Source: Candidatus Caenarcanales bacterium
Lineage (GTDB): Bacteria; Cyanobacteriota; Vampirovibrionia; LMEP-6097
Assembly (NCBI GenBank): GCA_013216135.1
Contig: JABSOS010000016.1
Coordinates: 6,718 to 70,717, forward strand
Direction: 5' to 3'
Length of the DNA: 64,000 bases
The position numbers and the translations under genes are program-made. Below, in pieces: positions 1 through 10,628 of the stretch. Under the pieces are notes generated by a model that saw only the letters and a program-made list of their open reading frames with translations, was not told the DNA's origin and searched no databases. Positions within the stretch are counted from its first letter, which is position 1. Each line of letters begins with the position of its first letter.

Positions 1-353
1 AGTTTTCTTACAGATTCAATTTTTGGTTTTATCTGCATTTGTCGCCTATTAATATACTTACCATAGTATTTGAGTTTCTAAAACTTCCTTCATACGACCT
101 ATCATTATCTTAAATATTCACGAACCATCATTAGCCCAACTAATAGTAACCATAAAAACTTATAACTTTACTTATAACTATATATTAACTAAGATTGAAT
201 ATAAGTTAAGTAGGAATACTTATTTCTTCATGGTCGTCTGCCCTTGATTTCAACCTAAATGATTCATCATCTCTTCTATCTTCAAGGGTAGACATTAATT
301 TTCTAAAATCTAATGATTAATGATTGTGCTAAAGTTAAAGCAATTATTAAACC

Positions 354-1625
354 ATGCCTTCTAATATTAATACTATAGACACCACTTGGATTCTAGTTTC
401 TAGTTCTTTTGTCTTCTTTATGATAATTGGGCTTGCCTTTTTCTATTCAGGTTTAGTTCGTAAGAAAAATGCTCTAAATACCATGATGATGAGTTTTATT
501 CCGATGGGGATAGTAACTATCACTTGGGCGTTATTTGGTTATAGCCTCGCCTACAGTGATGGAAACCTTTTCATCGGTGGCTTTGAAAACTTTTTTTTAA
601 ATGGTATAAATCTTGAAGCCACAGAAGATGGTGGCATTCCTATCATTTTAGATTTTATCTTCCAAGGAACCTTTGCGATTATTACAGCAGCTCTTATTAG
701 TGGCGCTGTAGTAGAAAGAATTCATTTTAGAGCGTATATGTTTTTCATATTCCTCTGGAGTATTTTAATCTATGCCCCTATGGCTAAATGGGTCTGGGGT
801 GATGGTTTATTCGAGCATCTTCCTACTGGGGCTGCTTTAGACTTCGCTGGTGGAACAGTAGTTCATATAAATGCTGCCATTAGTGCAGTAGTACTTTCAT
901 TTTTTATAGGTAGAAGAAAAGATGTCGGAAGACTAGCTATGCTGCCACACCAGGTACCATTAACTCTTTTAGGGGCTGGTATTCTATGGTTTGGCTGGTT
1001 TGGCTTCAATGGCGGTAGCGCCTACGCAGCTAACGCGCAAGCAGCTTTAGCTATGGCAAATACTCTACTAGCTCCAGCTGGAGCTATAGTATGCTGGGCA
1101 ATCTTAGATTGCATTTACACGAAGCGAGTTACAGCTGTAGGTTTAGCAACCTCTGTAATAGTAGGGCTAGTAGCAATCACTCCAGGAGCAGGTTTAATGT
1201 CGCCTAGCTCAGCTATTATCATCGGTATAATAACAAGCATCCCTTGCTTCTATATGATCATGTGGCGCTCAAGAACAGCTTTTGATGATTCGTTAGATGT
1301 CTTCGGCGCTCATGGACTTGGTGGAATAGTAGGTTCTTTGCTTACTGGTTTATTTGTCAGCACAGCTTGGGGCTCAGAAGTAGATGGAAGTTACATGCAA
1401 TTCCTGACTCAACTCATAGCAGTAATCATCGCAATAGCTTATAGCGCTGTAGGAACATATCTCATAGCCTCACTTGTGAACTACATCATTCCTATGAGAG
1501 TAGAAGAAAGTGATGAAAAATTAGGTTTAGACATCACTATGCATGGTGAGGAAGCTTATTCTGATGGTGAAGGAGCTTTACTAATTTTAGAGAAAACAGA
1601 AAAGGTCTTAAATGAAGTTAATTAG
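354..1625 (+). CDS. amt: ammonium transporter, Amt/MEP family
   Basis: 423 aa polytopic membrane protein; Amt signature region 'DFAGGTVVHINAAISAVVLSFFIGRR'; stop overlaps start of the P-II gene. Confidence 0.9.
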   Translation: MPSNINTIDTTWILVSSSFVFFMIIGLAFFYSGLVRKKNALNTMMMSFIPMGIVTITWALFGYSLAYSDGNLFIGGFENFFLNGINLEATEDGGIPIILDFIFQGTFAIITAALISGAVVERIHFRAYMFFIFLWSILIYAPMAKWVWGDGLFEHLPTGAALDFAGGTVVHINAAISAVVLSFFIGRRKDVGRLAMLPHQVPLTLLGAGILWFGWFGFNGGSAYAANAQAALAMANTLLAPAGAIVCWAILDCIYTKRVTAVGLATSVIVGLVAITPGAGLMSPSSAIIIGIITSIPCFYMIMWRSRTAFDDSLDVFGAHGLGGIVGSLLTGLFVSTAWGSEVDGSYMQFLTQLIAVIIAIAYSAVGTYLIASLVNYIIPMRVEESDEKLGLDITMHGEEAYSDGEGALLILEKTEKVLNEVN

Positions 1626-1959
1626 TGCAATTATTAGAAAAGAAAAGTTAAATGATGTTTTAGAAGCGTTATTTAATGTAGAGGTTCAGGGTCTTACCGT
1701 ATCTAAAGTAACTGGACACGGTGGAGAAACTGAAAAGATCGAAACTTATAGAGGAACCACAGTTAAAGTAGGTTTAACTGAAAAAGTAAAAATCGAAATC
1801 GGAGTCTCTGATAATTTTCAAGATACAGCTGTACAAGCGATTTTAAAATCAGCAAAGACAGGAGAAGTCGGCGACGGAAAAATCTTCGTCATGCCGATAG
1901 AAAAAGTTTACAGAATTAGAACTGGTGAAGAAGACGAAGAGGCTGTTACACCTAGATAA
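1612..1959 (+). CDS. glnK: nitrogen regulatory protein P-II (GlnK/NrgB-like)
   Basis: 115 aa; P-II fold motifs, T-loop 'GHGGETEKIETYRGTT' with Tyr; amt-glnK order as in B. subtilis nrgAB. Confidence 0.85.
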   Translation: MKLISAIIRKEKLNDVLEALFNVEVQGLTVSKVTGHGGETEKIETYRGTTVKVGLTEKVKIEIGVSDNFQDTAVQAILKSAKTGEVGDGKIFVMPIEKVYRIRTGEEDEEAVTPR

Positions 1960-1961
1960 AT

Positions 1962-2837
1962 CTACGAATTAATATTATCGTGAAGCTTCGCTAAAACATA
2001 ATCAGCAAAAGATTTTATTGCTTTTGATTTAGTTTGTTTCATTAATAATGCGATATGAGTATCTTCAAGCTTAGGAAGCTCACTTAAATTACAAATTTCT
2101 AAGCCACTAGGGATCATATTTTTAGGTAAAACTGTAATTCCAAGCCCTGCTTTTACAGCTGCAGTCGAGCCAATATAACTTGGGCTAGAGTATACGATCT
2201 TAGATTTAATGTTACTTTCATTTAAAGCCTTTAGGGCTCTTGCCCTATAAACACAAGGCTTCGGTGATAACACTAGGGGCAAAGCCCCTTCTTTTCTTTG
2301 AAAGCCTTTAGCAGCTACCCAAACTAATTTTTCAGACCAAATCTCGACACCATTTGGAAAATCATTTAAATCGTCTAACTTCACTAAAACTAAATCAAAC
2401 TTATTTTTCTTAAAGCTAGCAAGCAAATTTAAAGTTAAGTCACACTCTACGTTAACTGAAATCCTAGGATGATTAAAAGTAAAATCAGCAAGTATATCTT
2501 GCAAGTACAGAGTCGCAAAATCTTCAGGTAAACCAAAGGATAGTTCCCCCTCTAATTCTGGTTCTAGGAAATAATCTAATGCTTCTTGTTCGATTAATAC
2601 GATCTGCTTTGCATATCTCAAGAGGTTTTCACCTGCATCAGTTAAAGAGTTATTCTTGTGTCTATTAAGCAATTGTACCTTTAGATTCTTTTCCAGCCTT
2701 GAAATTTGCTGAGAAAGAGCAGACTGAGTAATACTGATTTTATTTGCAGCTTTTGTAAAACTACCTTCTTCTGCTACTGCAATAAAACATTTCAAATTAC
2801 CAATTTCTAAACTGGACATATTATTATCATACCCCAA
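1962..2837 (-). CDS. LysR-family transcriptional regulator
   Basis: N-terminal HTH 'FIAVAEEGSFTKAANKISITQSALSQQISRLE', LysR substrate-binding C-domain; true start probably the internal Met (MSSLEIGNL...); divergent from the dab pair. Confidence 0.8.
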   Translation of the reverse strand: MGYDNNMSSLEIGNLKCFIAVAEEGSFTKAANKISITQSALSQQISRLEKNLKVQLLNRHKNNSLTDAGENLLRYAKQIVLIEQEALDYFLEPELEGELSFGLPEDFATLYLQDILADFTFNHPRISVNVECDLTLNLLASFKKNKFDLVLVKLDDLNDFPNGVEIWSEKLVWVAAKGFQRKEGALPLVLSPKPCVYRARALKALNESNIKSKIVYSSPSYIGSTAAVKAGLGITVLPKNMIPSGLEICNLSELPKLEDTHIALLMKQTKSKAIKSFADYVLAKLHDNINS

Positions 2838-2881
2838 TATTAGTAAAACTAATTACTTCTGCAAGCCCCAAATCTTTACTT

Positions 2882-4282
2882 ATGATTAAAGATTCAATTC
2901 TTATTGTGATTTTCCCTAAAATAGGGAATAATTATAGGATGGACACCCCAATATTTCAGATAAATACACTTGGCTTAAGTCTAACCATACTAATTTTATT
3001 TGTGGGGTTTATCGTTATTCAGTTTTCAAAAAACTACCTTAGTGGCGATACATTATATAAAGCTTATTTTATAAGACTATTTGCCTTAATTATATCTGCC
3101 TGCCTTCTAGTTAATACAGATAACTTGATTGCCTTCTGTCTTTTCTTTGCATTAACAAATGCTTTGCTAACTTTACTCATGGTTCATAAAAGTCAGTGGA
3201 AAGCAGCACTCGAATCAGGAATTGTGGCAGCAAGAAATTTTGGGGTGGGAATTGTATGCCTTTTAGGCTTTAGTATTATCGTATATTCATTTACTGGTGA
3301 ACTGAGTATCAGTAAATTAAACCAAGTGTTTAGCTCAGTCCCAGGAATATACCAAATAGTAGCCCTTAGTTTAATCTGCATAGCAGCTTTAACTCAATCA
3401 GCATTATTTCCATTTCATGGTTGGCTTATATCATCGATGAACTCACCAACTCCTGTCTCAGCTCTTATGCATGCAGGAATAGTAAATGGTGGTGGCTTTC
3501 TTTTAGTTAAGCTAAGCCCAATGCTCCTTGAAAATCCAGTATTCTTACCGATCCTAAGTTTCATAGGAGCTTTAAGTGCTTTTCTAGCAATGCTTTGGGC
3601 ATTTACAAAAAATACAGTGAAAGCGACTTTAGTCTGTTCAACAGTTTCTCAAATGAGCTTTATGGTTCTTCAAATCGGTTTAGGTTTATTTCCTGCAGCA
3701 ATAAGTCACCTAATCATGCACGGCTTATTTAAAGCATTTCACTTTCTAGCAGCAGGTTCTGGAATTCAAATCAAGCGTCCAGCAAAGTTAAATTTAAATT
3801 TCCAAGAAAAAACGATTTATCTTTTAGTCGCTATGGCTTTTTCATATGTATCAATAAACCTTTTCTCTATTGCAGCTCACATCCCAATTAACTTCTATGA
3901 TAGTTCAATCATTTTGTTTGCTTTCATCTTCATGGCGTTAACTCAGCTAAGTATTAGCATACTTACAAGTAGCAAAAACTTTTTAGTTCCATTCTTTGCT
4001 TTCTTTGTATCTATCTCTGCAGCTGTACTCTACGGTGCATTCATCCATTTCTTTGAATTAATACTTGCAAGTAGTGTTCATATGCATACATATGCAGTTC
4101 ATTTACCTCAGTGGTTACTATTAAGTCCATTTGCAGTTTTATGGCTTGCGATGAATTATAAAGAGGATATACTTTACCTACTTCCAGAGGAAATCCACTT
4201 AAGAATCTATGCATTCTTGAAGAATACTTCTATGAGTAAAGAAGTTACTAATACTAGTGTTAGAGGGGAATACGCTAATTAA
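2882..4282 (+). CDS. dabB: NuoL/MnhA-type proton-translocating membrane subunit (DabB/MpsA-like)
   Basis: about 14 TM, complex-I antiporter-like (PF00361-type) sequence; immediately upstream of the DUF2309 gene; start likely the downstream Met at 2939 (MDTPIFQ...). Confidence 0.7.
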   Translation: MIKDSILIVIFPKIGNNYRMDTPIFQINTLGLSLTILILFVGFIVIQFSKNYLSGDTLYKAYFIRLFALIISACLLVNTDNLIAFCLFFALTNALLTLLMVHKSQWKAALESGIVAARNFGVGIVCLLGFSIIVYSFTGELSISKLNQVFSSVPGIYQIVALSLICIAALTQSALFPFHGWLISSMNSPTPVSALMHAGIVNGGGFLLVKLSPMLLENPVFLPILSFIGALSAFLAMLWAFTKNTVKATLVCSTVSQMSFMVLQIGLGLFPAAISHLIMHGLFKAFHFLAAGSGIQIKRPAKLNLNFQEKTIYLLVAMAFSYVSINLFSIAAHIPINFYDSSIILFAFIFMALTQLSISILTSSKNFLVPFFAFFVSISAAVLYGAFIHFFELILASSVHMHTYAVHLPQWLLLSPFAVLWLAMNYKEDILYLLPEEIHLRIYAFLKNTSMSKEVTNTSVRGEYAN

Positions 4283-4306
4283 GCATAATAAAAAAGGCAA
4301 TTAATT

Positions 4307-6955
4307 ATGATCACAAGTTTAAAAGACCAAGAATCTCTAAAAGATACCATCAATAATGTTTATAAAAGCTTCGATGATAAGAAGTTTACAGGAAATATGA
4401 TAAAAGCCTTTGTGGCAAATGCCTTTGAGGTAGTTAATACAAACTGGTCATTAAAAAGTTTCATAGCAATCAATCCACTAAAAGGGTTTGAAGATGAACA
4501 TTTTTTCGAAGCTACTAAGTCAGCTGCAAAATATTTCAGCGCTCAATCATTTTTCCCCATTGAAAAATACTATGAACTTCTGGATAAAGGTGAAATTAGC
4601 CGTGAGTATTTATTAGAAATTATTGAAAAAGAATTTAATGAAACAGGTATGTCTTTGATTTTCCTTCAGATGCTAGAAGATAAGCTTATAAAAGAGCCTC
4701 ACGTAAATTTCAAAAAAATATACCCTTACTCTCAGCATATTAATAATGGTAGAGTTCTCGATAAAGTAAATAACTACATGAACTACCTTTGCGCCGCTTA
4801 CTTTGATGAAAGTCAAGCCACGTGGGAATTACCAAACCGAGATAAAGGATTCTATACTTGTTGGAAAAAGCTTGGACCTTTTGATGATAAGTTAAGCAAG
4901 AACTCTAAAATCAAATCCTGGATGAGATTACTACCGGATTCAGCAGAAAAGACTTTAGTCGTAGGTTTAGAAACACTAGGTTTAAAGCAGAGCGACTGGA
5001 ATGAATATCTAAAATCAAATTTATGTTGTCAAAGCGGCTGGGCGAGCTTCATTAAATGGAGAGATATCAATAGTGAAAATAAAGACTTTAAATACAAGAT
5101 CAGTATGACTGATTTTTTAGCTGTTCGTTTAATCGTCGAAATCATTTACCTATTTGACTATCTAAACTTCAAAGATAAAGATGGTTTAAATGACTTTGAA
5201 GAATTTGAAGCACAGATCCTGAAAAAGCTTTTAGCAGAGCAAAACGATCAGATTGAAAAAAACCTTGAAGAAAGTTCAACGAATGAAGTAAGGGAAAATG
5301 AAGAAAAGATATCTACTCTTATTGAAAAAAACAACTTAGATTCTAAAGACCCAGATATCAAAAACACTCTTGAGAGATTCTCGGAAAAAGCTAGCTACCT
5401 TATGCAATGTGCATGGGAACTTACCGAGCATAAAAACTTACTTGAACATATATCAGCCAATCATGAAATGATGAACTTTAGTTCATCAAAGAAAAAACGT
5501 TCACTTGCACAAATGATTTTTTGTATCGATGTCAGATCGGAAGGAATTAGAAGATCAATAGAGAGTGTCGCTAATGTAGAAACACTTGGTTTTGCAGGAT
5601 TCTTCGGCTTACCTATCAGTTATAAAACCCATAAAGATACTAATCCTCAAGCTGCCTGTCCAGTTTTAATAACTCCAAATCATGAAGTACACGAGCACGT
5701 TCACCCTAAGAGTGCTGAAAAATTTATAGACTTTCAAATTAACCAAAGAATCTCAGAGCTTGTCTATAAAGCTTATAAAGCTCAGAAAAACAATGTAGCA
5801 GCAGCTTTCATCTTCGCTGAAGCATCTGGTTTAATTTATTTAGGTTTAATGTTATTAAAAACAATTACCCTGAAATTAAAAGTAGGAATAGAAAAACTTT
5901 TCTTTAAAGATAAAACTAAAGTTTACTTTGACCCTAATATTGACCTAAGTCCTACTAATGAGCACGGTCTTTCAAGAAAAGAGCAAGCCTTCTTTGCCGA
6001 AACAGCTTTAAGACTTATGGGGCTTACAGATAACTTCAGTGAGTTCATTCTCTTTACTGGACACGGCAGCCAAACAGAGAACAACCCTTATGCATCAGCT
6101 TTAGACTGTGGCGCCTGCGCTGGACAGCATGGTGGGTCAAATGCTAAGACTTTAGCAAAAGTACTCAACAACCCAGAAATCAGAAGATCTATAGCTGAAA
6201 ATGGAATTCAAATTCCAAATGATACTGTCTTTATCGGTGCGGAGCATAATACGACAACAGATGAAATCGAGATCTATGATATTGAGATTACAGATAAAGA
6301 AAACGTAGCCAAGCTAAAAGAATTAAAAACAAATTTAAAAATCGCAGCAAAGCTTAATAGAGCATCCAGAAATAGTTATGAAGAATATGATGTAACTGAC
6401 GCTGCGATACTTGCAAAATCTATCGATTGGTCTGAAACACGTCCTGAATGGGGACTTGCAGGGAACATGGCTTTTGTTATCGGTCCTAGAGAGCTTACGA
6501 AAGGAAATAATTTATCAAACCGTGTATTTATGCACTCCTATAGACAGGAATCTGATCCTGAAGGAGCTTTACTAGAAACCATAATGGGTGGTCCTATGGT
6601 AGTTACCCAGTGGATTAATAATCAATACTACTTCTCAAGTATGGACATTAAAAACTTTGGTAGTGGGAGTAAAATTACTCACAATATAGTTGGTGACTTA
6701 GGTGTACTTCAAGGAAACATGAGTGATCTCTTTACTGGTTTAAGCTTACAGTCTGTGTTTATGAATGATGAAGAGCTTTTTCATAAGCCTTTAAGATTAA
6801 GAGTTGTAATTCACGCTCCAAAAGAAAGAGTCAAAAAAATCTTAACTAGAAATCAGAATCTTACAGCACTTTTCACAAATCAATGGATTTATCTAAGCAT
6901 AATTGAACCAGAAACAGGTAATATTATTAATGTTGACAATATAGATAATATATAA
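4307..6955 (+). CDS. dabA: DUF2309 protein, DabA/MpsB-like inorganic carbon transporter subunit
   Basis: 882 aa; beta-carbonic-anhydrase-like CxDxR 'FCIDVRSE' and 'HGSQ...LDCGACAGQHGG' metal-site motifs typical of DabA; paired with the NuoL-like gene. Confidence 0.8.
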   Translation: MITSLKDQESLKDTINNVYKSFDDKKFTGNMIKAFVANAFEVVNTNWSLKSFIAINPLKGFEDEHFFEATKSAAKYFSAQSFFPIEKYYELLDKGEISREYLLEIIEKEFNETGMSLIFLQMLEDKLIKEPHVNFKKIYPYSQHINNGRVLDKVNNYMNYLCAAYFDESQATWELPNRDKGFYTCWKKLGPFDDKLSKNSKIKSWMRLLPDSAEKTLVVGLETLGLKQSDWNEYLKSNLCCQSGWASFIKWRDINSENKDFKYKISMTDFLAVRLIVEIIYLFDYLNFKDKDGLNDFEEFEAQILKKLLAEQNDQIEKNLEESSTNEVRENEEKISTLIEKNNLDSKDPDIKNTLERFSEKASYLMQCAWELTEHKNLLEHISANHEMMNFSSSKKKRSLAQMIFCIDVRSEGIRRSIESVANVETLGFAGFFGLPISYKTHKDTNPQAACPVLITPNHEVHEHVHPKSAEKFIDFQINQRISELVYKAYKAQKNNVAAAFIFAEASGLIYLGLMLLKTITLKLKVGIEKLFFKDKTKVYFDPNIDLSPTNEHGLSRKEQAFFAETALRLMGLTDNFSEFILFTGHGSQTENNPYASALDCGACAGQHGGSNAKTLAKVLNNPEIRRSIAENGIQIPNDTVFIGAEHNTTTDEIEIYDIEITDKENVAKLKELKTNLKIAAKLNRASRNSYEEYDVTDAAILAKSIDWSETRPEWGLAGNMAFVIGPRELTKGNNLSNRVFMHSYRQESDPEGALLETIMGGPMVVTQWINNQYYFSSMDIKNFGSGSKITHNIVGDLGVLQGNMSDLFTGLSLQSVFMNDEELFHKPLRLRVVIHAPKERVKKILTRNQNLTALFTNQWIYLSIIEPETGNIINVDNIDNI

Positions 6956-6967
6956 AAGGAAATTTAT

Positions 6968-7318
6968 ATGGAACAGTTACATTATGATGGAGAGAGCACA
7001 AGTATCCCACTAAATAAAATGCTTAAAGTCGAGGTGATAGTTTCAGGTGAAAACCAGGAATTAGTTACAGGGATGATGCAAGACTCTGGGGTAACAGGTT
7101 ATACCATTATTAATAACGTTTCTGGATATGGTCACGGTGGCTCTCATGAAGCGAGATTACTTTTTAATGATAAAGCAAACTTAATTATGATCGTGGCTGT
7201 AGCACCAGAATCCGTTATTACTAATATCGCAAAAGGTTTAAAAACTTTACTGGAAGGACAATCTGGAGTGATGTTTGTTTCTGAAGTTTCAGTTGCTAGG
7301 CTTACTTATTTTTCTTAA
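6968..7318 (+). CDS. P-II-like (GlnB-fold) small regulatory protein associated with the dab pair
   Basis: 116 aa; 'GYTIINNVSGYGHGG' loop resembling the P-II T-loop; follows dabA with a 12-bp gap. Confidence 0.5.
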   Translation: MEQLHYDGESTSIPLNKMLKVEVIVSGENQELVTGMMQDSGVTGYTIINNVSGYGHGGSHEARLLFNDKANLIMIVAVAPESVITNIAKGLKTLLEGQSGVMFVSEVSVARLTYFS

Positions 7319-7789
7319 ATTACCAAATAATTTAGGTATAGATTTATAAATATAATCAACCATATCATTTGCATATGATTCTATAAATTCTTTATACTTT
7401 GGGTTCTCAAAGCTATCTACAGCAGTATTATACTCATGAAAATCTAAAATACCTTCATCTTTATCATGAGCTAACTTATTAAAAAGCTCTGCTTTATAAG
7501 CAAACTCATCAAGTAAATATTCTTGATGATCAGTACTCATCGGGATTACAAAATCATTTTCCTTCAATAATTTCTCTGTCACCTTCTTATACTGATGTGA
7601 ATTACTTTCAATTTGATAAAAATCTAATCTATCAACAACTTCAGTCAAAAGATTTTGCACAATAGGTGCTGTACCAGCAGAATCTACTTCCACTCCATTA
7701 ATACCTTCACGGCGCAAATAGTCTTTGAGACATTTTTCAGCAATCATGCTTCTAAAAACATTTCCAGTACAAATAAATAGAATTTTCAT
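7289..7789 (-). CDS. low-molecular-weight protein-tyrosine phosphatase / ArsC-like
   Basis: N-terminal P-loop 'CTGNVFRS' (CX5R) eight residues from the N-terminus. Confidence 0.6.
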   Translation of the reverse strand: MKILFICTGNVFRSMIAEKCLKDYLRREGINGVEVDSAGTAPIVQNLLTEVVDRLDFYQIESNSHQYKKVTEKLLKENDFVIPMSTDHQEYLLDEFAYKAELFNKLAHDKDEGILDFHEYNTAVDSFENPKYKEFIESYANDMVDYIYKSIPKLFGNLRKISKPSN

Positions 7790-7797
7790 AATAGTTT

Positions 7798-8499
7798 TTA
7801 ATATTTTTCAGTTAAAAAGTTAAGCATTGCATATGTAGAAACAGCTATTGAAGCATTATTTTCACAGGCTACACTTAAATACTCGCTAATATGCTTTCTC
7901 TTAATCACATCCAACATCATCACAATACCATTATCTGCTGGTCTTAATAAACTGAAACCATATGGATTTTGTTTAACAGGAAAATGGCTTTTAAGATCGT
8001 CTAATGAATTATGAGAAGCATAAAGAATAAACAAGTCAAAAGTTTGAGAAGTTAAATGCCCAGATACTGCAAGATTCTTAGCCACAGAAAAAACATTTGT
8101 TAATTTCAAACCTGTCTCTTCAGCGACTTCTTTAATGATAGTTTTATCTGCGGTCTCGGTACCAACTTCATCTCCGATACTTCCACCTACAAACTCAACA
8201 CAAAAACTTGCCCCTCTTTCAATCTCAAGTGGGATTCTTCTTGCTCTTACAAAAACTACTTGATCATTTTCTTGCTTACCATGTTCATCTTTAATTAAAA
8301 TTAATCCAATCGCAACTCTATGTGCGTGAATATATGGCCATTTCTCAACTTTGGATTCATGGGAATAAAGACCATCAACATTAATTGCTTTAACTTGCAT
8401 GGAACAGGTATCAGAACTATGAATATCAGTTAAGTGATAAGAGTCACCTAAAATCGTAAAATCGTTTCGATCAAAAATTTCTGTCATAAATATCTCCAA
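7798..8499 (-). CDS. NUDIX hydrolase with N-terminal extra domain
   Basis: Nudix box 'GDEVGTETADKTIIKEVAEETGL' (GX5EX7[RK]EUXEEXGU). Confidence 0.55.
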   Translation of the reverse strand: MEIFMTEIFDRNDFTILGDSYHLTDIHSSDTCSMQVKAINVDGLYSHESKVEKWPYIHAHRVAIGLILIKDEHGKQENDQVVFVRARRIPLEIERGASFCVEFVGGSIGDEVGTETADKTIIKEVAEETGLKLTNVFSVAKNLAVSGHLTSQTFDLFILYASHNSLDDLKSHFPVKQNPYGFSLLRPADNGIVMMLDVIKRKHISEYLSVACENNASIAVSTYAMLNFLTEKY

Positions 8500-8644
8500 A
8501 GATATAAAGATAATTCCAGGGGTGGATTTATAGGTAATACTTAATGGTCAATTAATTCAAAGGTAATGATTTGAACCAACCATAAAAAACAATAAAAAAA
8601 TTACTTTGTATTATACGGAACTTAATATTTTAGGGGAGTAAAAT

Positions 8645-9769
8645 ATGGAAACTCAAGCTTTAGAGGCAATACAAAAAGTAGATCTAAGAAAAAAATCAAA
8701 TTTAGTACCTAATAAAAAGCCTTTAGTGAAAAAAGCACAAACTAGTAAAATATGGCAACCACCCCCTCAAGTAAAAATAGCTCTAATAAATTTCAGCCCT
8801 CTTTCACTTCCTGAAGTTAATGGTCAGGATAAAGATTACGAGCTAAGTAAAGCGGAAAGAATGAAATTCATATCCTTTACCTCTTCTTTAAATTTAAACC
8901 AGCAGCAAACCTCAAAACTTACCCCTGAAACCAAGAAAAATATTGCAATATTTGCAAATTCAGGAATCACTGAAAAGCATTTAAATACAATCAAACACTA
9001 TACAACTAGTTTAAATGGAGATAGAACCCCTCTTTATAATTTCCTAGATAGTATCCGTAAAAATCCACAACATGCAAAAAAAAGAGTGGAGAAATTAATG
9101 GAAGTTCAAAATAAAATAAATGGCTTTAAAAATATTCAAGAAGATAAAATTCTAAATCCCTTAAAGCAAAACTACTTTAGCGAAAAAAGTAACATAGACC
9201 AGGATGCTTTTTGGCTTTCAGTATTTAAGATTAGTTACCTTGATGTTCATAATCCAGATTATCTGAAACCAAACGTCATTGAAGCTCTCAACTTAATTGC
9301 TCCAAAGCCAGGAGAACTTCAAACTTACTCCTACATTCAAGACATATATTCTCACCCTCATAATGCAATTTTAGAAAGAAAAGATGAAAACACATTAATC
9401 ATTTCAGAAAAAGATTTTGAAAATAATCTAAAAAATAGTCTCACTAAAAATGTAATAAATAATGGCAATACCGATGTAACTTATGAAATTGATCTTAAAA
9501 CTGGTAAAGTTACAGAAATTGAAAATCTAAGCACTGATATAAATGGAAACCCTGTAGATGATGAGGTAGTAAGTTCTGCCCTTAAAATTGTAATGGATGT
9601 TTTAGGTGGGTTACCAGTAACTAGAGCTAAGGGTCCTTTCATTGAAACTATTACTGAATCTTCAAAAAGCACACAATACATTCTAGAAGAAGGACTGAAA
9701 GATAATCAATTAAAAGCTTTAGCTAAAGTATTAGAGAATAATCTACTTGAACCAGTTTATAGTTTGTAA
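8645..9769 (+). CDS. hypothetical protein (lineage-specific, effector-like)
   Basis: 374 aa ORF with AG-rich RBS; no recognisable motif. Confidence 0.5.
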   Translation: METQALEAIQKVDLRKKSNLVPNKKPLVKKAQTSKIWQPPPQVKIALINFSPLSLPEVNGQDKDYELSKAERMKFISFTSSLNLNQQQTSKLTPETKKNIAIFANSGITEKHLNTIKHYTTSLNGDRTPLYNFLDSIRKNPQHAKKRVEKLMEVQNKINGFKNIQEDKILNPLKQNYFSEKSNIDQDAFWLSVFKISYLDVHNPDYLKPNVIEALNLIAPKPGELQTYSYIQDIYSHPHNAILERKDENTLIISEKDFENNLKNSLTKNVINNGNTDVTYEIDLKTGKVTEIENLSTDINGNPVDDEVVSSALKIVMDVLGGLPVTRAKGPFIETITESSKSTQYILEEGLKDNQLKALAKVLENNLLEPVYSL

Positions 9770-9829
9770 GTAAAACTTCAATAATCTTTGAACCTATGAT
9801 TATTACAAACTCATAATAATAATTTCACT

Positions 9830-10531
9830 CTATGATGAAGAAAAAGTCAACACTGATAAATCTTCATTTAGTTCTTTTAACAGATTTTGCAAAGCAGGTT
9901 CAATTTCGTGAACATCGCTACTATCAAAATAATTATCATCATTGCTAGTTATAGATAGCTGATAAGGCTTACCTTTGTCTGTGACCGTTAACAATAATTT
10001 AAAGTTATAACCTCTAAACTCAAGCTTCCCAGTATAATTAGACATTCCAACTTGATCTTCTCTATTATTTAAATCATCTTGAACAATATTTCTAAACTCC
10101 CACTTATCAAAGGAAGTAAGAGCTTGTTTCAATTCAGTAGCAATGGTACTTGAATCATTCTTATCATCTTTAGCTTCAGAAAGTTGATTTAAATTACCGA
10201 TCGCTTCCCAAGATGGCATCAAATGTTGAGTAATTTGTTCAATAGAACTCTTTAAAGCATTAATCCCTTTATCTAAAGTTTCCTGAACAAAATTCATATC
10301 TATCCTCTTATCAGTATCAAGAGTAGGAATGTTTGCTTGCGGGGATTGAGTAATGAGTTCTTGCTCACGGTTTGATAGTGCAGAAGCAATTTCTCTTGCT
10401 CCAGGTAATAAATAGTTTTCAATTTCTTTCCCAATAGCATTATCAATTCTTGCTTTTGTTACTCTTTCAAGAGTAGTTGGAGGTGAATAAGGAGTGATGA
10501 GCGAAGACACGTTAATACAGTAGCAGCGCAA
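9830..10531 (-). CDS. hypothetical protein
   Basis: 233 aa ORF, no recognisable motif. Confidence 0.45.
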   Translation of the reverse strand: MRCYCINVSSLITPYSPPTTLERVTKARIDNAIGKEIENYLLPGAREIASALSNREQELITQSPQANIPTLDTDKRIDMNFVQETLDKGINALKSSIEQITQHLMPSWEAIGNLNQLSEAKDDKNDSSTIATELKQALTSFDKWEFRNIVQDDLNNREDQVGMSNYTGKLEFRGYNFKLLLTVTDKGKPYQLSITSNDDNYFDSSDVHEIEPALQNLLKELNEDLSVLTFSSS

Positions 10532-10561
10532 GTATTATCTTGTCAACGAGGGCGAAAAATA

Positions 10562-10591
10562 TTAAATAAAAAAGCGCCCCTTCGGGGCGCT
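10562..10591 (-). terminator. rho-independent terminator (AGCGCCCC-TTC-GGGGCGCT hairpin plus T-run on the minus strand)
   Basis: perfect 8-bp GC-rich stem at 10573-10591; the minus-strand reading is followed by TTTTTTATTT; lies 3' of the 10629-11273 gene. Confidence 0.7.
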
Positions 10592-10628
10592 CCACACACA
10601 AAATCTTACGCCAGGAAAGGCTTAGAAA

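Noticed and set aside
3193-3381. 62-aa ORF antisense within dabB, and similar antisense ORFs at 9481-9681, 10656-11355, 11902-12456, 22329-22550, 23526-23777, 24642-25683, 41999-42821, 49253-49516, 53332-53529, 54525-54755, 60294-60785, 62403-62925, 63662-63964
   Set aside because: All lie inside longer, better-supported CDSs on the opposite strand or in another frame. Compositionally biased translations. No independent signals.
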